This document shows positions 25,488 to 39,319 of a DNA stretch of 64,000 bases, in pieces. The notes beneath the pieces are model-generated. The model did not search any database, was not told the DNA's origin, and saw nothing but the letters and a program-made list of their open reading frames with translations. Positions within the stretch are counted from its first letter, which is position 1. Every line of letters starts with the position of its first letter. Made by a program: the position numbers and the translations under genes. Origin of the DNA: Octopus vulgaris (Eukaryota); contig OX597819.1 of NCBI GenBank assembly GCA_951406725.2, positions 85,374,001 through 85,438,000 on the forward strand, read 5' to 3'.

Positions 25488-27013
25488 CACTATGTTTTAT
25501 TTTATTAAGCAGGTCAATCATTCCTCAATAATATCAAAACCCCTTGTCCGATTTTCTTGAATTTTTTACGGGATATGTAGGATTATGTATTCCACGTCTC
25601 GTGTACTTTTCGTCTAAATCGGTATATATTTAAAGAGGAAATAAAGAGAAACACGTTTATAGGGTGTTTCTTTTTATTATGCAAGTTAACAAGATACTGC
25701 TTTCCCCCATGTGGTATGTGATTTTGAAATGTTTTTTTCTTAATTTCAGGTACAGGAGATGTAGAAATAGATCGAAGTAAAGATATAACATCGAAGGAGG
25801 AGAAAGAAATAGTGAAACCACTGGGAGAGGGGGATTCAACAATTGTAATTGTAATTTCTAAAAAGCTAACTAGAGATCACATAACAATAAAAAAAGCATG
25901 TGCAAAGCATTGAGAGAGTAAGAATAAGGAAGAAAATGGGTTTCAAGAACATCACAAATAGAGATAAGAGAAAGCTCAAAAGAATTATGTGCAAGAAAAG
26001 TGGGTTAACCAGCAAACAAATCTTTGAAGAAGCAGGAATATCTAACATACAAAAGAAAAAAACGTTGCACCATACTAAAAGAAATTGGCAAAGTCATACA
26101 TCTCGCAAAATTGCCGCCTTTGAATAAAGTGCACAAAGATAAATGAGTGACGTGAGCAAAAATATATATATGAAGACAGGCTTTACAAATGTAATTTTTA
26201 CTGACAACCAACACGATTAAGAAGACAACAAGTAGGTGGAGGAATCAGGTTTTGAGCTGGTATAGTTAGTGGAGACATAATAAGTCCATTTAAGGTTGCT
26301 GATGGATTCAACATAAATGCTGATAATAATTACAAGTTTCTAGATGATAACTTTTTCCATTGGTACAAGTCAACATCGCAAAGCATCATGTTAAAGATCA
26401 TATTTATGCACGATAATGCCCCTTCACACTCTCTCAAGCTCATTATTAACCATTTAGTTAAGAAAAGTTTCAAAAACATAAGATAATGGAATGGCACCCC
26501 CAATCTCCAGATCTAAACTCAATAGAGAATTTGTGGTCAATTATTAAAAAACATAAATATTCCAATGGTTAACAATATCCAAACATGGATTTACTATGAG
26601 AAGCAATAAAGACTGCTGCAAGTAATATTAAAAGTGAGATTGTTGAGAAATTGACAAAATCAATTGATGAAAGAATATTTAAAGTTATAAATGGTAAAGG
26701 ATGCTATATAAAGATGTAAAAGATATTACATAATTTGCTGGAAGATATACATATATATTAATTGTCTGGTTATGTATTGTTCTATATGTAAATCGCATTA
26801 CATAATATTTGTTAACTTGCCTAATAAAATGAAACACCCTATAAACGTGTTTTTCTTCATGTCTGTTTTAAATATACACCGATTTTCACGATAAGTACAT
26901 GAAGAATGGCATACATAATCCTACATATCCGGTAAAAATTTCAAGAAAATAGGACAAGGGGTTTTGATTGTATTGGGGTATGATTGACTTGTATAATAAA
27001 AGGAAACATAGTG
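25488..27013 (+). mobile_element. Tc1 transposon with ~200-bp TIRs, TA target duplication, transposase pseudogene
   Basis: ta-cactatgttt...aaacatagtg-ta. Long inverted arms 25488-25695 and 26808-27013. IFMHDNAPSH...WHPQSPDLNSIENLWSIIK with stops and frameshifts. Confidence 0.92.
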
Positions 27014-27686
27014 TATGTAAAAAATAATAATCTATTCCCTTACATTCTAAAAGGCAATTCTAATTTTAAATGATAAGAAAACAATAGTTTTTCAAAGTAA
27101 TCTTTATTATAATTTATACTAAGACTTTATGATTCACTCACCTCGAAAATACTCGAAAATAAGAACTCTCTAAAGCTGAATTCCTCAGTTCGGGTCACTC
27201 ATCTACTTGGATAAAACCTTTAGCAAAGATGCGTAGAAATGTCTTCTCTGGGCGAATATATATTACAAATGAACCAACTAAAAGCACATAAAGGCGGCAT
27301 GAAAAAGCATTAGGAGAATTATGCAGCAACACACATGTGGGATTGAGATTTGACGCGAATTTAATGTGAATTTAAATGTAATAAACGAGTTTTTGGAGAT
27401 GCATAATTCTCCATTCTTCTTTATGATATTCTCTATATAATGAAGACATCCCGTCTTTTGTAAGCTTCTTATATTTTGGTCAGATTTTTGTTATTGTTTG
27501 CTTTAATGTGAGTTAACAATATTTCTTTCGAATATTAAACGGTAAAGAATTGAAATATAATCTTTCTTTTGTTCAATAAAATAAATGATTTTGATAATAA
27601 GAAAATTATATTATCCTAAAATGAGTATTGAAATATGAACATATAGTAAATAACATGTATGCGTGTATGCAAATATTTACAGGTAA

Positions 27687-27750
<64 letters not shown>

Positions 27751-28221
27751 ATATATACATACATATTCATATATACACACACACATATATATATATATAT
27801 AGATATATATTTATATATGCACAAGTATATATTACATATATGTATTAGAAAGTTAAAGAAGTAATTATTTAAATTCTCAAACGCAATATAATGCTAATAA
27901 TATAGCAAGAGCAGGATAAATTACAGTGAGTTTGCAGAAGTGGGAACTGCTTAGCTTAAAGGTAGAGTACTCACAGGATGTGAGTTCGAGTTACATGGTT
28001 GGTCACCAACACTTTTTTCTGCAATATAGGGGTACTCTATCCTGTCCATGCTGTATTATTAGTATTATCCTGCGTTTGATAACAAAAAATTACTTCTTTA
28101 AGTTTCTAAGACATCTGAACGCTTCTAAGGCAAACTCGATTTATATTAATCGTAATTTGTATATTATATATATATATATGAATAAAAAATGGAGTTAACG
28201 CAGGTGTAATCAAATATTTTT

Positions 28222-28307
28222 ACTTTCGACACATGTTTCGAAAATTCCACTGATACTATTCAAAAGAATGAATGGTATAAACAATGCAATCTTCTCCTCA
28301 GGAAAGT
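28222..28307 (-). ncRNA. Minimal type I hammerhead ribozyme motif
   Basis: acuuuc CUGAGGA gaagauugca...uggaauuuuc GAAAC augu GUC gaaagu: 6-bp stem I, canonical GUC, palindromic ACAUGU. Confidence 0.85.
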
Positions 28308-28883
28308 GAAAAAAAACGAAACTCGCCAATAAGACATCTTAGCAAAAAATGATGGATTTGTATAGCGATAGACAGAACGCTATTAATATTGTTTAAAAAA
28401 ACGTTATATGATATAAGGTCATAAGTAGCTAACAGAAAGAGTAAGGATATTAATAGTGAATGTTAAATATAAAGGAAATTAAAGTTTAAATTATATATAA
28501 TGATAGAGACTACTTATATGCACTAAATGTATGTTTTTGCCAATGCTTACATCTGTATGTTCGCTCTACTATAATAAAATTTACTCCAATGGTAAAATAA
28601 ATTTTATCATTGTATATTTCTCCCGTTATTTATACTTTTATACATCCCTTATGCCTTTCCTTTGTATCGTACAATATATTCTATGTGTTTTGTAGAATGA
28701 TACATTAAGGAACCTTTCTGAGTACCATGCCACATAAACAGGATCCGTTTGCTCCGTATATTGTAACTTAAATATATACCTATACATACATATATTACAT
28801 GCATACATACATACATATATACATACACACATACATGCATGCATATCTATCTATCTATCTATCTCCTTCTCTCGCTCTCTTTA

Positions 28884-29039
<156 letters not shown>

Positions 29040-29080
29040 ATATATATATATCTATATATATCTATATATATATATACATA

Positions 29081-29869
29081 CAGAATGCGATGGGTAAGTT
29101 GTTGCCATTTCATATATTCTTAACTTCGCGCATGCGCATTGTTTGTTTTTGATTTTGTCGACTACGCATTAGGGCACCGTCTGTGAGAAAAACAGCAGCA
29201 TGACACAATTCACTCTACCTGAAATTTGGAAATGACATGCTGTGCTGCTTAGCATTCGGGCCGGAAGTTCTAGTACGAACATTTCAGAGTGTTTGGGTGT
29301 CAATCTGAGGACAGTGGAATCTAAAGATATGTACCTAGAGTGATAAAAATCAAACATTCAGTCAACATCATAGCATTTGGAGTGATCAATAGTGATAGCG
29401 ACATTATGCCTTCATACAGTGTCCCATACAGTCAACATTGTGGCTGCTGGAAGACACTATATCTGGCGTTAGGACTCTGCATCATGCCACATAAACAGGA
29501 GAACCTAGTCATGGCTGTCAGATATTTTCTGCGATCACACTGCTCCTAACATCTGTCCACCTAACTTCCCTTGATTATTATGAGTTCAGCGAGAGACCGA
29601 CAAAACTCGTTGTAACACAAAAGATGAACTGAATGCAAGGATTCTGACAGCATTCAGCATCTTAAACAAAGAGACCGCCCAGAAGATTTTGTAGGAAATT
29701 CCGAAGTCGTTTGGAGGCCGTCGATGAAGCTAATGGCGATTTTATTGAATTAATTCTTTTGTATTTCAAGATATTTTTTATGTAACTTTGGTAAACATAT
29801 ATCTGTTAAAATGTCTGTGTTATTTTTATTTTTACATAATTTAGACGACAGTTTATTCACCGAACCCTG
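29081..29869 (+). mobile_element. Internally deleted mariner element
   Basis: TA-cagaatgcgatgggtaagttg...gtttattcaccgaaccctg-TA; relics WPPN..DY and FRSRLEAVDEANGDFIE. Confidence 0.8.
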
Positions 29870-29901
29870 TATATATATTTACATCTTTCGCCTATATATA
29901 T

Positions 29902-29991
<90 letters not shown>

Positions 29992-30609
29992 GTCTGTCTG
30001 TCTGTCTGTCTGTCAGTCTATCTGTCTGTCTGTCTGTCTGTCTGTATGTATGTATGTATGTATAGATAAATAGAGAGGTAGAGAGAGATAGACAGACAAA
30101 CCGATAGATAATTTTGCTGACTGTATATATGCAAAATATGTAAATATCGATTGAGAAAATCGATAATCCGATCCGTTTGGAAGAAAAATCTTGTGATGCC
30201 CATTTCTCCCGAAATAAAGACAATCTAAGCATAAATGCACTGAACGAATGATTGACCTTCTCTAAACCTATAAACCTGTAGTCCTCGTCCTTGTTGGTCA
30301 CAAATGCTAAAATACGTTAAATAGAGAAAAGAGAAAAAGGCATATTTAATGAGTTTTGTCTCGATTTTGTTAACTCGGTTTTTGTTATGTGCATTGGCAC
30401 ACACGCAAATTCGCCCAGTCGTCCGCAGTCACACATACAGGCACGAAACACACTTGCACAAACACCCGTATGCATGTAACAGACAGATGTGTGTGTTCAC
30501 CGGGGCTACTAAACGTAGTGGTAAGATGCGAAGGACCACCATATGTACACGGTCGATAACAGGATAAAACAGCGTAATAACAACATCGAAGAGGAAAGGT
30601 ATAATATTC

Positions 30610-31450
30610 ACAAATTTATTTGCCGGCACTGGTTAGCGGAATATACTTAGCAGTAATTGACAATAGTAATAAGGTGTGTGTGACTCGCTGGTATTTGGTA
30701 GTGTGAAGCTGTGCGTTCTGCTGACAAAGAAGATGAAAGGGTAAGGACAACACTTTCCATTCAGTCGATGCTATTTGCTCCTGGTTAATGACAGACCCGA
30801 AAAGAGGTGTGTGCTCTCTGCTAGCCGGTTGAACCGAAGAGAGCGAGAGAAAGATACTCTCAGTTATATAGGGTATGGTCAGGAAGTAGGTCAAACCTAA
30901 AATAATGGACTGACTCTTCAGTGACCAGCAAAGGTCTTAGGAGATCAGATGATTTTTGTTTATGTTCCAGCATGATAAAACACAATGGAATCAGACAGTC
31001 GTCTGACAAGCAACAAGTGTGTAGATTCTGGTTCGAATCTCAGTTAGGCAGGGCTAAGTGAGATCCTACATGCACGCCATGCATCGTACGCTTTGAAACG
31101 CGTTGATGACACGACAACGAAATTCTTCTCGATTAAACGAGAGTTCTCCCACTGGATGAAGCACGAGAAATCCCATCGGAAGACGCCATAGTATTACGTC
31201 ATTCTGATTTTCTCAGAGTGTTTTCTAGGTAAGGTTGGTAAACATTGCTCTCCCAAACAGGATGACTGTTGGTCCACACATATCTCATCCGTCCTTCAAG
31301 AGGTCTTGTTTTTAGTCCTGTCGGGCGTCCAGATACTCTCTTTACAAGAGTAGCAATCTCCTAAAGTAGTGGAGCCAATCTATTCATCAACCATCCAACC
31401 AAGGAACAGGTAGTACTGGTTTACATGGTACAAGAATCAGGCCTCATCAG
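30610..31450 (-). pseudogene. Degraded LINE-like relic (RTE-like)
   Basis: GC-richer block with weak LFGSVIN (YLGS.I) similarity only. Confidence 0.25.
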
Positions 31451-32414
31451 TCTGAGAAGAGATCCCTGACCTGACTACACAATTTTCTATGTTAACATAG
31501 TACTCAATGTGTTTTTGAAGCAGAATAAGCTTTTGTTGGACGTAGATACATATTCTATATGCGACTAAGTGTTGATATAACATGCAGTCACTTAGAATAG
31601 AAGCTTATGTTTCAAGCAAACCCAGTGATTTAGTAAAAATGTATGTTCATATTGTAGTTTGCATTGGTACGTTCCATAACAGAATGGCCTTTAGGGAATA
31701 TGTGATCAGGAAAAAAGTGTTATGAAAGGTAGGTATTCTATATATCCTTCATTTTATATCAAGGTAGGATGTAATTTAAGCGACATTTTGCTGTTATTTT
31801 CACTAGGTAGAGACACTTGTTTTAATGTTGTTTAGTGAAGAAAAATAAGCTTGGTAAAACCCCTCGCTGACTGAGTTATACTCGAAAGAGATCTTAAACC
31901 AAGTAGTTCAAACCAACAAACCCTCATCGACCTACAAATTGTGCGTCATGTTGAAGTTAAATTTCTTTATAGCAAAATTTAAGAATTCACATTGATAACT
32001 ATTTCCTTTCGTGAGAACATGTGATCAATATGGGCACCCAACTACTGCATCTAACTGGAATGAACGTAGAAAAGTTAAACTGGATATGGACTCAACAAAA
32101 ACTTATTGATAACATAAATACTAGGCCCAAATTGTTGCTTCCTAATCTTGGGATAAAGGTCTGTTTGCGTGTATTTCTTGCTAATAACCTATACTATATT
32201 CATACTCTGGTAATTGTTAAAATTATACCAAAGAAACTGAGCGCGTTTGTTTATTTATGGACTCGCTAACGAGTGTAATTTGTATATTTGGGTGTAATTG
32301 TATATTTGTGTGTTGAGTTTCTAAGCTTAGAGTATATGTGTGTAATTTTAATTGAAGGAAGATCTATGTCAGCTACTGTGCAATGTAACGATTAGTTTAA
32401 TTTATGCTATAAGG

Positions 32415-32694
32415 GTAAGGGTAAAGACACCCTTTAGTCATGAATGACCATGAGATTACACCTAGAAAGTTATCCTCCGAGGCAGAAGTCATGGCAAGGT
32501 ATGGAAGGGCAATGTATGGAAGACCAGCGGTCGCCCATACATACCAGCCCCCCCCCTCTTCACGCCTCCAATGTCATCCAAGGGAAAGGCAAAGCCAATA
32601 TAGCTTGGCACCAGTGAGGTCGCAACTCATCTCTACAGTTGAGTGGACTGGAGCAATGTGAAATAAAGTATCTTGCTCAAGAACACAACACACA
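32415..32694 (-). mobile_element. SINE family C
   Basis: Reverse complement of 35205-35456 (tcttgagcaaga.actttatttcac.ttgctccag...gcaccaagct...tcattcatgac). Confidence 0.85.
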
Positions 32695-33672
32695 AGGAGA
32701 ATCAATTTCTCGGTAACCCAATATTTGTTGATTGTAACGAAACTTTTTGCACTGGAATAATGTGTCTTGCAATCTACATAATTGTCCCTGAATTCTTTAT
32801 TTGTTGACATTTATCTGTGTATATTGTATACTGTATCAATTTATAGCATCATGATTAATTCACCGACAACTCTATTTAATTATGAAATACATTCATCAGG
32901 TGTATCAATCTTTGTGAACAAATCCTAAGAAGTAGACAGAACAAAAAAAATACTAAGAAAAGGCTATAATGATTTATTTAATGGAAATGGAAACAATACG
33001 ATAACGGATGTAGTATAAAAGAAACGGTGACGTTGAGATGATTACCAGGAGAATTAGCACGGTAAACGAAGCAATTTTAATCGAAAATCGATAATGAAAC
33101 ACAGATTGCAATAACAATAAAACACATCAGTGTCTATTTGACGAAGCAAATTTTTCTAAATGTTTGAAAATGGTGCGAATGATATTCACGTGACGTTCAG
33201 ATTTTTCCCAAGGGGATTATTTAAGTGAAGTGAAACGGATTCAACGTACAATTGCAGCCTCACCATTTCACAATTAAAATATATTAACTATTAGCACTTT
33301 ACTTTATCTCAGCTACAATTCAAGATTAAAATAATGATTTTAAATTTTTGCGCATAGTTTTATTTTACTTTGAATGATTCCTCTTGGAATTACTGGAATA
33401 CTTTAGTGAATGAATCAAGTAAGCTTTTGACAGTGGGCTATAAACCTAGAACGAAAATTATATTAAAAATGTAAAAATAGTAGAATTTTAATGAGATAAA
33501 CTGAAATACGAATTGTTAAAGATTTACCATATTTTAGACAAATCCTAAAATTGTTCAGCATTTTCAATGTATATACATATATATTTTCTTCACGATTTAC
33601 ACAAAACTCGTAGACCATCAGTAACTTCCGCTGTGTTTTGAGCATAAAATTTATATACACATCTCTACACAT

Positions 33673-33703
<31 letters not shown>

Positions 33704-33704
<1 letters not shown>

Positions 33705-34685
33705 CTAGCATTATGACCCGGCGTTGCCGGGTCATAGTGCTACTTTGGTATAAAGTTGTTAAATTAAAAATTTGGGGTAATAAAACATACAATGACATAT
33801 TAAAAATACGAATTAAAATTCCAGAGAAAAATACATAGAAGATAAATATACAAATTTACAAAAATACATAAAAGTTCATCTACGGGCCGTTTCGGAGATG
33901 CATAAATTAATATGAAACATATATATTTAAAATTGACACTCCCCTCGTCAGGATGTTTTTTACACACAACACATAGTACACGGAAACAAATGCACAATTA
34001 CATATCTGCTACATGCGAAAGACCAGACATTACGTACTCCCAAAAATTCTCCTAGATTCCGAATGCTACTTTATAAGCATATAATTCAATCTAGCAGCTA
34101 TAGTAAATGTTATGAGCACATCTCCATCTGGACTAATTCACTTCTACACTCAATTAAATTTTTCATCTTTTAATTTCTCCCATTCATGCAAAGCCACATA
34201 TTCGAGTTCAAGTCATTGATACATTTTATACTAATTGCTATTTTATCTTTTAATTGTAATATAACGATTTAATTACCATTTTAATAAAATAAAATATATT
34301 TAATTACTACTTACTATATTTACTATATTTAATTCAATTGTTATTATTACCTCTAACTTTTATTGAAATTTTTATTTCTAAATTTCTTATGGAACGTCGA
34401 GTGGATCTTATGCGTACAATATATATTTTATATGATGTTTATATATTTATATATTACTATATATTTCTAATCGTCGGGCTTTATGTCTGCTCTGTAGATA
34501 TATATGAATATATGTATGTGTTTGATCTTTCTTTGAATTTTGTAGTGCTCTTGTAGTTGCTGCTCTCATTGCCTCCCCTCGGATTAAAAAGTGTATATAG
34601 CTCATTTGAGCACTACTATTCCAGTCTGTTATATATTTTGAGCGTTGTTGTCACTAACGATCTCAAGATATAACTTTATATTTTG

Positions 34686-34752
<67 letters not shown>

Positions 34753-35010
34753 TACATCCATATACATACAATAGAGAGATGTTTTTGTTTCACTTTTAAC
34801 ACGTAATACTGAAATAGTGGAGAAGATATGATACTGTTGTGGGCTCGCTGTAGGCAAGAAGTTAAACATTTTTTTGCCCATGATACTACATGGACCCTAA
34901 GTAAGGCGTGTGTGAAATTTGAATGAAATTGGTTGCGTAGTTATCAAGTCTTAGGGAAATAGACAGACAGACAGACAGACACACATTCTCAGTTTTATAT
35001 ATATATATAT
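33704..35010 (+). mobile_element. Helitron/Helentron-like non-autonomous element hosting a PLE insertion
   Basis: 5' ACTAGC with hairpin tagcattatgacccggc-gtt-gccgggtcatagtgcta. 3' gtgaaatttgaatgaaattgg...(GACA)n...ttttatatata, a DINE-1/HINE-like layout. Confidence 0.55.
33877..33955 (-). ncRNA. Minimal hammerhead motif at the 3' end of a PLE relic (about 34680 to 33800)
   Basis: cauc CUGACGA ggggagug...gcaucucc GAAAC ggccc GUA gaug. Upstream minus strand reads RLE**CSNELYTLFNPRGGN (GIY-YIG C-terminus-like). Confidence 0.8.
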
Positions 35011-35068
<58 letters not shown>

Positions 35069-35127
35069 CTGTGTGTTTGTGTGTGTGTGTGTGTGTGTCT
35101 GTGTGTTTGTGTGTGGGTGTGTGTGAA

Positions 35128-35456
35128 GGCCCATAGCTCAGTGATTAGAACGTCGAGCTTACGATCGTGAGGTTGTGAGTTCGATTCCCCGACCAGGCTG
35201 CGTGTTGTATTCTTGAGCAAGACACTTTATTTCACGTTGCTCCAGATAACTCAGCTGTAGAAATGAGTTGCGATATTACTGGTGCCAAGCTGTATCAGCC
35301 TTTCCTTTTTTCACTTGGAGAACATCAGTGGTGTGGAGAGGGGAGGCTGGTATGCATGGGCGACTGCTGGCCTTCCATAAACAACCTTGCCCGGACTTGT
35401 GCCTGGGAGGGTAACTTTCTAGGTGCAATCCCAAGGTCATTCATGACCGAAGTGGG
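35128..35456 (+). mobile_element. tRNA-derived SINE family C, full length
   Basis: A box tagctcagtga, B box gagttcgattccc; second copy at 32415-32694. Confidence 0.9.
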
Positions 35457-35885
35457 TCTGAATATATATATAAGTAACTATTTAAACGAATATTTATACA
35501 GATATTTTTATTTCTATTACTATCAATGGTAACTTCCGTGAGTCGAACTGTGAGCATACACTACTTATGTTCCAGGAATGGTTTTAGACCCTTAAAATGT
35601 TTCACATAATGAATAAGGGGCCCCCTTATGGTAGAAAATACCCATTCCTGTGTTACTTGGTGAAGGGAGCTAACTCTTTGCGAAGTAACTCTCAGAAATT
35701 GATTGTCTCACATTAAGTTAGCAACAAGCGATTACTTTATCCTGGTGTTACTACATAACTCTCTCTGAGTTATTTGGGAAATGTAATATTTCTATTTTTG
35801 TAGATGAGTGAATGTATGTCACTTGAAATTCTTTAAGTTTTCAACAGCGGTTTAGCAGTGACATCTAGCAAGGCCGACTTACTCC

Positions 35886-35922
35886 AGACTGATGAAGAGC
35901 AATTACCCTGAAACTAGTCTCT
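35886..35922 (+). ncRNA. Minimal hammerhead motif (slightly degenerate)
   Basis: aga CUGAUGA agagcaauuacccu GAAAC ua GUC ucu; palindromic ACUAGU. Confidence 0.65.
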
Positions 35923-36106
35923 AGATACTGGCTTTGTTGGATGGAGGTGTTTATATACCCTGTTTGAAAACATAAGGACACAAAACGCTTGTGTTACCTA
36001 GCCAACTAGAAATGGTGTCTCTTGGGACTAAATAACAGTAACATTCTTCTCATTCCTGGGACTGTCACATTAAGTTGGTAGCAAGCCATTATATTATATA
36101 TATATA

Positions 36107-36247
36107 TGACGGGCGTCTTTCATTTTCTGTCTATCAAATCCACTCACAAGGTCCGAGGCTGTAGTAGAAGATACCATGCAGTGGGAATGAACCCAGAACC
36201 ATGTATTTGGCTAGCAAACTTCTTACCACACAGCCAAACCTGTGCCC
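36107..36247 (-). mobile_element. SINE family A head fragment
   Basis: Reverse complement of ggctgtgtggtaagaagtttgct...gggttcattcccactgc. Confidence 0.75.
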
Positions 36248-36312
36248 ATAAGTATCGTCATATATGATATAAATGCAAAATTTAACTTTTAAATTTCAAA
36301 ATCGCATATTAT

Positions 36313-36350
<38 letters not shown>

Positions 36351-37271
36351 CGTACACACACATGTACACACATATATATGTTTGTATGTGTGTATGTGAT
36401 GATAGGTGCGCATATTGCTCTTAACCGTGGTTTGGACTTTGACCGTTCCTTCTAGCAAGTAGGCGTCCTGTTATGGTCACTTCTTTTGTGTTTAAATGTA
36501 CACTAATTTTATATGAGAAATATGTTGTCTATTGATTATTTTATAAATGCTAGGCCACTAGTAGAAAAATTTCTATAATTTTCCTGCCCTGTATAATTTT
36601 CTTAATATACTCATACATACATACATACGTACATACATACATACATACATACATACATACATACATACATACATACATACATACATACATACACACAATG
36701 GGATCGATATAATTGACTTACCCCTGACCATGTGCCAAACTTTGAATTCAATATTATCACTATATTTTTTTTATTGTACCATGAAAATATTTTTTGTTTC
36801 CTTTATAAGTTCTTTGTTTACATATAATTATAAATGATCTCATGGGTGAAGTTTAATAATTTATACTATTTTTTTACAGTTTTCTGTTGTGTATATAATA
36901 GCAAAAGTGTTTTTTTAGGTATATGTTAGATATAATCAATTAGTGATAAAATATATTTGTGGTTACTAGATTTATTTCATCAAGTTACGTTTATCATCCT
37001 AACTCCAATGCCTCAATGCTTGCAATACTTTGCAGACTAACTATTAATCACTTATGTAAATATACTCATCTGAGGATGAGTATATTTATACGCAGCTTTG
37101 AAAGTGTTTATTCTATAGTGTGAGCATAAATTGATTAATAATTTTTGTCCATTAACACATTGTTTGCTAGCTATACATATATCTTATTTTGGTAGACAGG
37201 AATCTGTATTAAAAATAATCCATCTCTTAATCTGCATTCCCTGATGGTTTATCAATTATAAAATATATAGC

Positions 37272-37482
37272 TTTCATGTTTTGGCAGAAGGCCAGCAAGT
37301 TTAGGGAAGGGGCATAGCCGATTACATCGACCCCAGTGTTCAACTGGTATTTACTTTATCGCCCTCGAAAGGATGAAAGGCAAAGTTGATCTCGGCGGAA
37401 ATTGAACTCAGAGCGTAAAAACGGACGAAATGCTGCTAAGCATTTTGTCCAGCGTGCTAGCAATCTCAATCAGCTCGCTGCC
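37272..37482 (-). mobile_element. SINE family B
   Basis: Reverse complement of the 16857 and 61823 copies. Confidence 0.85.
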
Positions 37483-39319
37483 TAATCAATTATAAAGTAT
37501 ATTATAAAGTATATATATGTCTTCTATTTCGTATATTTTATTACCTGACCACGTATCCATTTACATCAACAAACTTATCCCTTCAATACTCATACACTTT
37601 CTAATTTGTGTGTGTGTGTTCCATGATTGTGCGTTAGAGAATATTTGTATCCGCTTTTCTTTCAAACATTCAACTTTGGAGAGAATTTTTGATGAAATGT
37701 AGTTCCATTGTTTTTCGGTATTGCTGATCGTCCTGTGTACATTTGTAAAAGGAAAAAAGTTTGAATTTTCCGTCGCCGCATATTTGCAGATGCTTACTTA
37801 GTGGAATCTTGCGTAATTCTTGCGTAATGGTGTATGTTTAGTAATTTTCTGTCTGGTATGCTTTTCACTGTCTGATTACTACAACAATCTTCTTAAAAAA
37901 GGCTTTTTCATTGCCTTTATTTGAACAAGATGGCCCTTTCTTTTACCAAGATTGTAGTAATGGCAAAAATTACCGGGCATAATATTCATTTTCTGGAAGA
38001 ATAAATAGTTATCTATGCGAACGTGTCCGCGCGCGCGCGCACACACACACACACACACAAACACACACATCAAGTTAAATACACAACCAAAAGAGCTACT
38101 AATAGTTTCATGCTATTACATGAACAGGCATATTTATAAAATACGCCATGTATCTTAAAGCAATCTTTCAGACTCTGTTTATGCGTTTTCGTCTTCACCA
38201 CCTGTTTCGTCTTTTGTTTTTTGTGAATTCTCCCTACATATATATATATGTTGAGGCAAGTGACGTGATCTGAACTTAAGCACAAACATCATGGAAGAGA
38301 TATTTAATGTTAAATTCACTTTGAATTAACATTTAGTCCATAAAATGTCACAATTTCTTTTTTTGCACAACTGCGATTGGTCGCTGACAGTTTTGCAGCA
38401 ACTTCTGGAAGATATGTTAATAACCAGTTCTTTGAGGACTTGAGTTCTCCGACTCTTCTTTTCTTTATAAATTATATCACTTAGACAAATGATTTTGTTT
38501 TATTCATGAAGATGAATTTTGACCCCATACACATCAGTCATCAATCTGTTATCCTTCATCATTTTCTATTTACAAATTAAGGTTATCAGTTTTAGGCCAG
38601 CATAATTTTCTTATTCCTCTCTTCACGTTTATTTATATAGTCTGTTTTAGTTTTATAACCCCCATGCTTCTATTTCATGCATCGAAGAAGTAAGATTATA
38701 ATAGAATACTTCTCTCTGGGGGTGTAATTCTTAGAAATTAGGTTTCTGCTATAAAGCGTAGCATTGAGAATTGGGAAATATACAAAAAAAAAACAAGCAA
38801 GCAAAAAATTTGTTTTGGTGTTAATGATGGTTTCCGGAAGAATGAATATTAAACACAGAATGAAAATAACCTCGTTAAATTGAAAAGAAACTATTAGAAT
38901 GAAATACAAGTGTCATTCATGTACATAAGCACACGTACACAAGCAATCATCATCATCATCATTGTTCGACCGTGGTCGAGACTTTCATAGTCTTTTCAAA
39001 TGGCTAATAATGTGTATACATATAGATACATATATCGATACATACATGCATACATACACACATACATGCATACATTCATAAACATACATATATACATACG
39101 CACACGCACATATGCACACGTACTTGTCTGTATATTTCTTATATTAGATATGAAGCTATATAAGTTAAGTTACTAATAAATAAATGAATATAATATACAT
39201 ATATAATATGTATATACATACATGCATGCATACATACATACATACATACATAAATACATACATAAATACATACATACATACATACATACATACATACATA
39301 CATACATACATACATACTT

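Noticed and set aside
30276-30306. Possible 31-nt minus-strand micro-exon
   Set aside because: Good acceptor but poor donor (gtttat); unsupported.
35128-35200. tRNA gene
   Set aside because: A and B boxes present but no acceptor stem; continues into a repeated SINE body. The same applies to 54344-54411.
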